Below are positions 46,743 to 53,810 of a stretch of DNA of 64,000 bases, in pieces (the stretch's first letter is position 1; every line of letters starts with the position of its first letter). A program made the position numbers and the translations under genes. The DNA comes from an uncultured Rhodospirillaceae bacterium (lineage in GTDB: Bacteria; Pseudomonadota; Alphaproteobacteria; Rhodospirillales; UBA2165), in the NCBI GenBank assembly GCA_964643045.1, contig CAZXSC010000001.1, forward strand, positions 66,296-130,295. Reading direction: 5' to 3'. The notes beneath the pieces are model-generated. The model made no database searches. It was not told the origin of the DNA and was given only the letters and a program-made list of their open reading frames with translations.

Positions 46743-47648
46743 TCAGGTAATTTTGCGCAGTTGTTCGCGAAAAGTTTTGGCAATTACGTATGCGAATATG
46801 GAAAATGGAGACTCTAATATAACCTCGCCAAATAATTTTATTCCATCACCTATTTTTTCAGCCTGGATGAGATTTAGAGCCAATCTGAATTTAGCCTTCG
46901 TTATATGATGTTGTCCCTTTGAATGGGATGTCCTCGTTAAGAAGGGCAAATCTTGGGCATATTTTAATAAATTCAGAAAATCTTGATTAAATAAAATATT
47001 GGCACCTGGTTGTTTTGATTCTTGATTATTATGCTGCCGCATTTTTACTAGCGGTTCTCCAATGGAACAAATTTTTCCTCCTGCATACAAAATATCGAGT
47101 GCCATTCGATAATCACATGCGAGAGAATATCTAGTATTGTACCCACCAAATTGACTGGCAAGTGACCGACGAAACATAACACTAGAATGGGCCAATGGGT
47201 TCATCCAAGCATATTGTTGCATCAAGTTAGCGGATTGAACAGGTGGCGAGTAAAAAAAAAGGTGATTGCCATTTTCGTTAATCCATTCGACACTAGTACC
47301 AACCAGCCCGATATCGGGTCTATTTTCCAGCAGTTGCACTTGTTTTTGGATTCTGTTTTTATCTGAGATATCGTCACTATCCTGAACAGAAATAAAATCA
47401 CCCGTTGCAGCATTAAACGCTTTAGAAATACCCGAGGCGAAGGTGCTATTAAGCTTTGGGTGAACTGAAATAACTTTTAGGCGGGGGTAATTAAATTCAT
47501 CCAATATTCTAGCGGTTCCATCCGTTGAGCCATTATTAACAACGATTATTTCCGTATCGATGAATGATTGTGCCGATAAACTGTGAAGAGCATCTGCTAG
47601 AAATTGTTCCCCATTTCGGACCGTCATAATTTGGCTTACGCGTGGCAT
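46743..47648 (-). CDS. Family 2 glycosyltransferase
   Basis: SQIMTVRNGEQFLADALHSLSAQSF, IIVVNNGSTDGT and the QDSDD DxD motif; 301 aa. Confidence 0.85.
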   Translation of the reverse strand: MPRVSQIMTVRNGEQFLADALHSLSAQSFIDTEIIVVNNGSTDGTARILDEFNYPRLKVISVHPKLNSTFASGISKAFNAATGDFISVQDSDDISDKNRIQKQVQLLENRPDIGLVGTSVEWINENGNHLFFYSPPVQSANLMQQYAWMNPLAHSSVMFRRSLASQFGGYNTRYSLACDYRMALDILYAGGKICSIGEPLVKMRQHNNQESKQPGANILFNQDFLNLLKYAQDLPFLTRTSHSKGQHHITKAKFRLALNLIQAEKIGDGIKLFGEVILESPFSIFAYVIAKTFREQLRKIT

Positions 47649-47794
47649 TAACTTGGATCTATTCTAAATAAGGGATAATTTACCCCAACTGTTAAGATAT
47701 TAAATGGGTATGATGGGAGATTTTTACGCAGAAAATTTATTTGGAAGATAAGACTAGTAAACCTAGAAAGGGTCAAATATGACATGATAAAAAC

Positions 47795-48292
47795 TTAAAT
47801 ATTTATTGCTGATGAAGGTAGACGCACGCGCACGGGACGCCCCATTAGGTTAAGCAAAATAACTACGCGTTCGTCATCATTCTGACATTCGAAAATGCCG
47901 ATGTGTTCGTTAAAAGCACCAGCAGTGATTTGTACTTGGTCCCCAGGTTTAATATTTAATTGTCTATTTAGAGAAACAATACCTTCATCGTCTTCCCGAG
48001 CTCGAATTTCATCTAGTAATTCTGTTGGAACTGGAGTTGGCAAAGCGCCAAATTGGACGAGTTTTTTCACGCCGATTGTAGAATTAATGCAGGACCAGTT
48101 TTCCTTATTGAGGTCAAATTCAACGAATAAATATTTTGGGAAAAGAGGTGCCAAGACACTATCTATGCGGCGTGCATGGCGTCTATGTTTTTTATATTGT
48201 GGTAAATATACTTTGAATTTCTGTTGTTTTAAATTAAGAAGAGCTTTGGGCTCTTCCCGTGACTTGGTGTTAACAACGAACCATTGTTTCAT
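47795..48292 (-). CDS. rfaH: RfaH-like specialised NusG paralog (operon-specific transcription antiterminator)
   Basis: 165 aa. WFVVNTKSREE, PLFPKYLFVEFD, VQFGALPTPVP and the KOW segment PGDQVQITAGAFNEHIGIF, ILLNL closely parallel my recollection of E. coli RfaH (PLFPNYLFVEFD, VRFGASPAIVP, PGDKVIITEGAFEGFQAIF, LLLNL). Confidence 0.75.
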   Translation of the reverse strand: MKQWFVVNTKSREEPKALLNLKQQKFKVYLPQYKKHRRHARRIDSVLAPLFPKYLFVEFDLNKENWSCINSTIGVKKLVQFGALPTPVPTELLDEIRAREDDEGIVSLNRQLNIKPGDQVQITAGAFNEHIGIFECQNDDERVVILLNLMGRPVRVRLPSSAINI

Positions 48293-48978
48293 TTTATGTA
48301 GTTCAAATTAGAGGTGTTTTCGGATTCATATTTTGCTTGATCCCGAACAATACCTAGTATGGGAGCTGTTAGAATCTGGTCACGCGGAAAAAATTGCACT
48401 GCTTTATCAAATGTTTCCTGCGGTTTTCTCATATCGGTTATAAGAAGAACGTGTAGGGGATTTAGCTCGGCGAGTTTACCCACAACAGGTAAATCCATAT
48501 AAGTGGATGTTGAGGAAGCGGCCTCGGCATCAATAATGCCAGCCAATTTAATTTTTAGTTCGACCGCACTCAAGATAGTTATTTCAGTCAGATCACTTTT
48601 TCCTACTAGGGCGATTCGGTTCCATCCTTTTTCATTACAACTTTGTAAAAGTTCTACTGATTGGGCTCGTGCAAGCCGAAAGAAATCAAATGATTGTTTT
48701 AGGTATTCTGCTGTAAGCCGGCCTTTTTCTGCAAATCCACGGGGTGTAAGATAATAAGCATATCTATTCGAGGGTATTTGTTGTACCTTGATAAGGCCTT
48801 TTTTGGCGCATCTTTTCAGATACGAATTGGTTAGGCCAAGGGCCACACCTAATTCGGCAGATAAAGAGCGCTGAGTAATTGTGCTATTTTCTCCAACAAC
48901 GTCGAGCAAGTTAAGTGTAATCCGCTCATCATTCTTTAAATTTTCATGTGATGGGTTTGAATCTGGCACCGGTTTCAT
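48289..48978 (-). CDS. Winged-helix (MarR-like, EPS-associated type) transcriptional regulator with a C-terminal Rossmann-like domain
   Basis: ITQRSLSAELGVALGLTNSYLKRCAKKGLIKVQQIPSNRYAYYLTPRGFAEKGRL is the wHTH. The C-terminus reads IALVGKSDLTEI...LPVVGKLAEL...VLLITD. It is the first gene after the control region, with GAGG upstream of the ATG. Confidence 0.65.
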   Translation of the reverse strand: MKPVPDSNPSHENLKNDERITLNLLDVVGENSTITQRSLSAELGVALGLTNSYLKRCAKKGLIKVQQIPSNRYAYYLTPRGFAEKGRLTAEYLKQSFDFFRLARAQSVELLQSCNEKGWNRIALVGKSDLTEITILSAVELKIKLAGIIDAEAASSTSTYMDLPVVGKLAELNPLHVLLITDMRKPQETFDKAVQFFPRDQILTAPILGIVRDQAKYESENTSNLNYIK

Positions 48979-49098
48979 ATTGCCTCAAGAAATTAATTGT
49001 GATGTCTGCTGATAGATTTTTTGGCAGATACTTTTCGCTATTGTCACTATTCTCAGTAGAGATTTCCAATCAGATCTTTAATACGATTTTTAATTAGG

Positions 49099-49110
49099 CA
49101 CGCTACCGCA
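49099..49110 (-). promoter_or_regulatory. ops-like (JUMPstart core) RfaH recruitment element
   Basis: The minus strand reads TGCGGTAGCGTG, matching 11 of 12 bases of the E. coli ops consensus GGCGGTAGCGTG. It lies in the non-template strand of the leader, about 120 nt upstream of the first gene. Confidence 0.5.
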
Positions 49111-49257
49111 CTTCGGGTGAAAAGCAGAATTCCAAAGCACTAATTAAACACCCATTTTTGTTCAAACATTGCGCTTAAAGCGTCTATCGCCCAAAGGAGG
49201 ACGGTTTTCTCCAGATGTATATTTCTACATCCTATTTGTGGACAACTCACAATCATG

Positions 49258-49274
49258 TGTTCGGCCGTTGAACA
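49258..49274. promoter_or_regulatory. Palindromic operator-like site TGTTC-N7-GAACA (copy 1)
   Basis: The sequence read directly is TGTTCggccgttGAACA. Confidence 0.4.
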
Positions 49275-49384
49275 ATGCCTTTATTTACCAGAAAAAACTC
49301 TAAAATTATGGTTAGTTTTAGGTTTTTCGGTAGAAAAATCCCTAGATCTCAACGTAAATAAATTTTTTACGGTTTAAATAAGGT

Positions 49385-49401
49385 TGTTCATAGAATGAAC
49401 A
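49385..49401. promoter_or_regulatory. Palindromic operator-like site TGTTC-N7-GAACA (copy 2, overlaps the predicted -10)
   Basis: The sequence read directly is TGTTCatagaatGAACA. Confidence 0.4.
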
Positions 49402-49426
49402 TACAGTTTTGGCTAGATGCTGTCAA
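49398..49426 (-). promoter_or_regulatory. Candidate sigma70-type promoter for the leftward operon
   Basis: The minus strand reads TTGACA (49426-49421), then a 17-nt spacer, then TATGTT (49403-49398). This is a prediction by eye only. Confidence 0.3.
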
Positions 49427-49429
49427 TAT

Positions 49430-49446
49430 TGTTCGTAATGTGAACG
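49430..49446. promoter_or_regulatory. Palindromic operator-like site TGTTC-N7-GAACg (copy 3, just upstream of the predicted -35)
   Basis: The sequence read directly is TGTTCgtaatgtGAACg, with one mismatch at the last base. Confidence 0.35.
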
Positions 49447-49574
49447 CGTGGCTTGTTTTAACAAATTGGGTCAATATTAATTGAATTTAATGATATGTTT
49501 GACGCTAAATGCCATTGGAGATTTGTAGTTGAATTTATTCTATCAGATTATTTATTTTGATCGGGATAAACCGG

Positions 49575-50201
49575 TCATGGTTTCTTAGTGTGAAAACGAG
49601 CAGCCGTTGGAACGTCTTTGATCACTATTTCTCCGGCCCTGATAAACGCGCCAGCCCCAATTTGAATATTCTCAATTACACTGGCCCCGGTTCCGACATG
49701 TACGTTATTGCTAGTGCATACGTTGCCAGAAAACGTAACTCCTGGAGCTAAATGGTTGAAGGGACCAATTTTACAGTGGTGGTCAACACTTGTCCTAGTA
49801 TTAATAATTGTACCGCTACTAATTTCCACGTAACTTTGTACCACAACCCCCGCCATGATTTGGACGCTTTCTTTGATTATGGCACTATCGGCAATTATTG
49901 AGCTCGGGTGAATTACGGTCTCGAATAGGAACCCTTTGGCCTTTAAATTTGTTTCCACCTCGCTGCGGATTGTTGATGGTTTTACCGACCCGATACCGTT
50001 AATCAGAGCTATATTAGCCGGATCAACACCATCTAATATGTCGTCACCACCGAGGACTTCTACAGGGTATTGCAGATGTTTTCCGACCGGTAAATTTGGG
50101 TCGCATATACCAATAATTTCTTTTCCAAGAGCGTGTAAAGAATCAATAACAACGCCCGCGTGACCACCCCCCCCAATTATAATAATTCCTGACTTATGCA
50201 T
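49575..50201 (-). CDS. NeuD/PglD-family sugar acetyltransferase (hexapeptide repeat)
   Basis: IIIGGGGHAGVVIDSL N-terminal Rossmann-like motif plus a C-terminal left-handed beta-helix (IGAGAFIRAGEIV). The ATG at 50201 is preferred over the TTG at 50228. Confidence 0.8.
   Translation of the reverse strand: MHKSGIIIIGGGGHAGVVIDSLHALGKEIIGICDPNLPVGKHLQYPVEVLGGDDILDGVDPANIALINGIGSVKPSTIRSEVETNLKAKGFLFETVIHPSSIIADSAIIKESVQIMAGVVVQSYVEISSGTIINTRTSVDHHCKIGPFNHLAPGVTFSGNVCTSNNVHVGTGASVIENIQIGAGAFIRAGEIVIKDVPTAARFHTKKP
50167..50174 (-). repeat. G8 homopolymer (C8 on plus strand) in codons 10-12 of the acetyltransferase gene
   Basis: The run cccccccc at 50167-50174 encodes GGGG. It is the longest G/C run I noticed in an otherwise AT-rich window. 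Confidence 0.6.
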
Positions 50202-50323
50202 TTGCTCCTGCTCCAGCTTTCGTCTCAAGATTGATCATTTTTATTGCTAGCTAAATCGAATTAGCGTGATTAATTCAGGTCCTGGAAAATTTTTATTTTC
50301 AGTTTTTGACATTTTTTGCGTTC

Positions 50324-51490
50324 TTAAAATAAATTGGGTAAATCATAAAATATTTTTACCATTGAATTAGGAAGGTCAACATGCTGCAATATTTCGGCTA
50401 TGCGCTTTGATGCTCCACCAGCTCCATATGGCGAATCACATTTTAGTGACATAGTTCTAAATTTAGGATCGAGGGCCGAATTAATACCCATCTCGATTTC
50501 CTCTATCTCAGTCCCACATGAAATAATCGACGGGGCACATAGTCGACCATGTTGGCGATTCCCAATATTGACCGTCGGCGTACCGACAGTAGGTGCCTCG
50601 ATAATACCACTTGAAGAATTTCCAACTATTGCGGAAGCATATCGCATAAGGCTTAGATAACGTTGTCTCCCAAGTGATGCAATAGTGATGACCCGTTTAG
50701 GGTGTTTGCGTGCGATTGCTGTAATATCTCTGTTTATTTTTTTCCCACCGGCATCTGCATTTGCCATTGTGATTACACATGATAAATCACTTCTTTTTTC
50801 GATTACAGAAAGCAATGAGTTTAAGCCATGGAGCCCGCCATCTTGGTTCCTTGTTACTGGGTGATATGTAACTAATAAAAATGGTTCATTAAGAGACAAA
50901 TTTAGTTTAGTGAAAAGTTCTTCTTTTTTCAGTACAGGCAATGTTAAAACATTGTCAATGCCAGGCGCACCAACATTGAAGACCCGCTCCGGCACTTCGC
51001 CCATTTGTATAACGCGGCGACGATATACCTCTGTCGCTGTAAAGTGCAAGTAGGCCATTTTTGTAATAGAATGACGAATAGATTCGTCTATGGTACCTTC
51101 CGTTGCTTCCCCGCCATGAATATGGGCGATCGGAATATTCATCATTAGCGCGCTCTGGGCAGCTGCGAGGATTTCATATCTATCCCCCAGCAACACAACC
51201 AAATCTGGGGATAACCGATCAAAAACATCAACGAGGCCGTTTATGCCATCAGCGATGGATTTACCTTTTGACACGGCATCATCGCCTTTTTGCAGGACAT
51301 TGACCTTAGATATAATTTCATGGCCATCAGCCTCGATCTCAATTACAGTTTTGCCAAATTCATTTTCGAGATGCGATCCGGTTACGACTAATTGGGTTGT
51401 AACTTCCTTCGTCTTCTTTAATATTTCTATCAATGGTGCTAACAAGCCATACTCTGCTCGAGAACCGGTAACTATACAAATCCGTCTCAA
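50324..51490 (-). CDS. Hydrolysing UDP/GDP-N-acetylhexosamine 2-epimerase (NeuC/LegG family)
   Basis: MRRICIVTGSRAEYGLLAPLIEIL, HIHGGE and a GNSSSGIIEAP C-terminal motif; 388 aa with a TTG start. Confidence 0.85.
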   Translation of the reverse strand: MRRICIVTGSRAEYGLLAPLIEILKKTKEVTTQLVVTGSHLENEFGKTVIEIEADGHEIISKVNVLQKGDDAVSKGKSIADGINGLVDVFDRLSPDLVVLLGDRYEILAAAQSALMMNIPIAHIHGGEATEGTIDESIRHSITKMAYLHFTATEVYRRRVIQMGEVPERVFNVGAPGIDNVLTLPVLKKEELFTKLNLSLNEPFLLVTYHPVTRNQDGGLHGLNSLLSVIEKRSDLSCVITMANADAGGKKINRDITAIARKHPKRVITIASLGRQRYLSLMRYASAIVGNSSSGIIEAPTVGTPTVNIGNRQHGRLCAPSIISCGTEIEEIEMGINSALDPKFRTMSLKCDSPYGAGGASKRIAEILQHVDLPNSMVKIFYDLPNLF

Positions 51491-51712
51491 TAATTATCCC
51501 CAGTTTGGTAAACGTCCAAAAAACTAATCCACTAAAATATCCATCAACGAATAAAAAATTTATTTATCGGATAATATCCGAAAAACGGTCATCCATGACT
51601 AAAAACTTGTTTTTTAATTAGTTAAATTATGAGTGCATACTAGCAGACTTTTGTTTAACAGTCCGATTGTGCATCACGACAGTCCTTTATCTGCATTTTC
51701 AGTCCAGAGCTT

Positions 51713-52396
51713 TTATTCATTCAGAACTGATTTGGCTATTTTCCAATCCCACTCTGTATCAATATCGATGCACTCAGCAGGATGGTCCATTACTAACGGG
51801 ACCAAACCATCTTTAAAAAAAGAATTGTTTGTCCGCAGGTCTCTAGGGGAAATAAGGAAGAACGCACCGTTAACGGAGTAGGCGGGTGACAATTCTTGGG
51901 ATTGCAGGTGCAAGCCACCGCCACTAATGTATGGTTTCATCATTTGGCCCTCTATTTTAAAACACCACATGGGATGTGAATTGGCAGGCGATACGCCTAT
52001 GACAGAGTGGTTTTGATTGTTTTTGAAAAGTGCGATGCCACGCAATACGGTGTCTCGACTGCGAAAAGGTGATGTTGGTTGTAGTAATAATAGTCCATCA
52101 ACGTTGCCTTTCTTACGTTCATACCAATCAAGTGCATGCAATACAACAGCTGCAGAGGAAGCCGTATCACTGGCTAACTTTGTGGGTCGTAACCAGGGAA
52201 CTAGCGCTCCACTTTTTTCGGAAATTATTGCAATCTCCTTGTCGTCGGTAGAAACTAAAATGTCGCAAATGTCTTTGATGCCTTTCGCAACATCGATGCT
52301 CCAAACGATCAAAGGTTTTTCACCCAGAAGTTTAATGTTTTTTCCTGGGAGTCGTTTTGAACCGCCTCTGGCTGTGATAACTGTAAGTATTCTCAT
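51713..52396 (-). CDS. CMP-nonulosonate synthetase (NeuA/LegF-type cytidylyltransferase)
   Basis: Start reassigned to ATG 52396 (MRILTVITARGGSKRLPGKN), forming an ATGA overlap with the upstream stop. Confidence 0.8.
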   Translation of the reverse strand: MRILTVITARGGSKRLPGKNIKLLGEKPLIVWSIDVAKGIKDICDILVSTDDKEIAIISEKSGALVPWLRPTKLASDTASSAAVVLHALDWYERKKGNVDGLLLLQPTSPFRSRDTVLRGIALFKNNQNHSVIGVSPANSHPMWCFKIEGQMMKPYISGGGLHLQSQELSPAYSVNGAFFLISPRDLRTNNSFFKDGLVPLVMDHPAECIDIDTEWDWKIAKSVLNE

Positions 52397-53040
52397 AGTG
52401 TTAAAAACCGTTTCAGCACTTTCAAGCCTACCTCCCCACTTTTCTCTGGATGAAATTGGCAACCTATCACATTGTCGCGTGCTATAAGCACCGAAATTGA
52501 ATTGTCTCCATAAATACAATCAGCTACACGATGGTCGTCGTCATTGGGAATTGCCATAAAGGAATGTACAAAATAAACTGTATCACTCGAATTAATATCT
52601 TGTAGCACAGTGTTTCCCCAGTTTTTTCGGCCCTGTGCCAAAACTAGAACGTTCCAACCTATATGTGGAATTTTCTGAATGTGACCAGTTACAGTGGTTG
52701 TTGGTATCGCAATTACGCGGCCTGGGATCAACCCCAGCCCTTTGGTTATGCCAAACTCCTCGCTTTCATCGAGTAACAATTGCATACCAAGACAAATACC
52801 CATCAGCGGTATTCCGCGACCAGCGACCTTTCGCACTACCTCATCAAGGCGTAGCCGATGGAGTTCCATCATAGCATTACCGAACGCGCCTACACCGGGT
52901 AGCACTACGTGTGAGGAAGAAAGTATGGTATTGGGATCGGCAGTTACGGTGACCATTGCACCACAATGTTCCAGCCCACGGCGCACGCTGAGTAGATTGC
53001 CCATGCCGTAGTCGATTACCGCAACATCAGGTAGGCTCAT
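52393..53040 (-). CDS. HisH-like glutamine amidotransferase subunit (WbuY-type, glycan amidation)
   Basis: VAVIDYGMGNLLSV, catalytic GICLGMQLL and GCQFHPEKS. The start is 53040 (MSLPD) or 53055. Confidence 0.8.
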   Translation of the reverse strand: MSLPDVAVIDYGMGNLLSVRRGLEHCGAMVTVTADPNTILSSSHVVLPGVGAFGNAMMELHRLRLDEVVRKVAGRGIPLMGICLGMQLLLDESEEFGITKGLGLIPGRVIAIPTTTVTGHIQKIPHIGWNVLVLAQGRKNWGNTVLQDINSSDTVYFVHSFMAIPNDDDHRVADCIYGDNSISVLIARDNVIGCQFHPEKSGEVGLKVLKRFLTL

Positions 53041-53797
53041 AATTTCGCACCTCAATTCTTGCCGCTTTAGCTGCTTTCCTAATATTAGCTACCGTAGCAC
53101 GGCCGTAATGCAATATATCGGCCATAGCTACAGCATCTGCGCCACCTTGTTTGATTGCATCTACCAAGTCAGTCGGTTCACCTACACCGCCACTGGCTAT
53201 CACTGGTACGGAAACTTCCGCTGTCACAGCACTTACTAGCGCAAGGTCAAGGCCCTTTCGAGTGCCTTCCCGGTCGACCGATGTAAGTAATATTTCACCC
53301 GCACCCATCTTTACTCCGCGCTTTACCCAATCAATAACGTCTAAACCTGTCCGCTCTCTACCATTATCTGTATAAACTTCCCAGCTTTCAGGAGCCACCT
53401 GTTTGGCTTCGATCGAAAGCACCATGCACTGACTGCCATAACATCTAGCTATATTGGTAATTAATTGGGGATCAGCAACAGCTGCGGTATTTATCGCAAC
53501 TTTGTCGGCTCCCGATCGTAGTATTTGCATAGCGTCGTCTGTCGATCGTATGCCACCACCTACCGTCATTGGAACGAAGATGTTTCTTGCTGCAGCACTA
53601 ACTATAGCGCCCAGGTGATTGCGGCCATAAAGACTTGCCACACAATCCATATAAATTAACTCGTCTATCCCTTGTAGATAATAACGCAACGCGTGCTCGT
53701 TGGGTGAGCCAATAACGCGAAGGCCTTCAAGGTGAACACTTTTGATAAGATTAGGTCCCTTGATATCGAGACGAGCGATTAGCCGGATATTTCGCAT
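53027..53797 (-). CDS. HisF-like cyclase subunit (WbuZ-type, glycan amidation)
   Basis: RLIARLDIKGPNLIKSV, GADKVAINTAAV and GAGEILLTSVDREGT; 256 aa. Confidence 0.8.
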   Translation of the reverse strand: MRNIRLIARLDIKGPNLIKSVHLEGLRVIGSPNEHALRYYLQGIDELIYMDCVASLYGRNHLGAIVSAAARNIFVPMTVGGGIRSTDDAMQILRSGADKVAINTAAVADPQLITNIARCYGSQCMVLSIEAKQVAPESWEVYTDNGRERTGLDVIDWVKRGVKMGAGEILLTSVDREGTRKGLDLALVSAVTAEVSVPVIASGGVGEPTDLVDAIKQGGADAVAMADILHYGRATVANIRKAAKAARIEVRNYEPT

Positions 53798-53810
53798 ATT
53801 AATCTATCTC

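Noticed and set aside
47895-48311. Plus-strand ORFs of 60-156 aa in the track (e.g. 85-321, 3004-3231, 33873-34214, 47895-48311, 52017-52487, 52694-53011)
   Set aside because: All lie antisense to, and fully inside, well-supported minus-strand genes with clear family motifs. Their translations are low-complexity or Ser/Arg/Leu-rich, as expected for shadow ORFs.
49258-49446. Interpreting GTTC-N7-GAAC sites as LexA (SOS) boxes
   Set aside because: The alphaproteobacterial LexA box is a direct repeat (GTTC-N7-GTTC), and the Gram-positive Cheo box is GAAC-N4-GTTC. The sites here are inverted repeats with N7 spacing, and they sit in front of glycan genes, not DNA-repair genes.
49440-49574. Rho-independent terminator after the NeuD-like gene, which would separate the right-hand genes from the main operon
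   Set aside because: I could find no GC-rich stem followed by a U-tract on the minus strand in this stretch. Read-through from the upstream genes into the control region therefore cannot be excluded.
52393-53797. Annotating the HisH/HisF-like pair as histidine biosynthesis genes
   Set aside because: They are fused by overlaps to a PP-loop N-acetyl-sugar amidotransferase and a CMP-nonulosonate synthetase. This is the known WbuX/Y/Z-type glycan amidation context. No other his genes are nearby.
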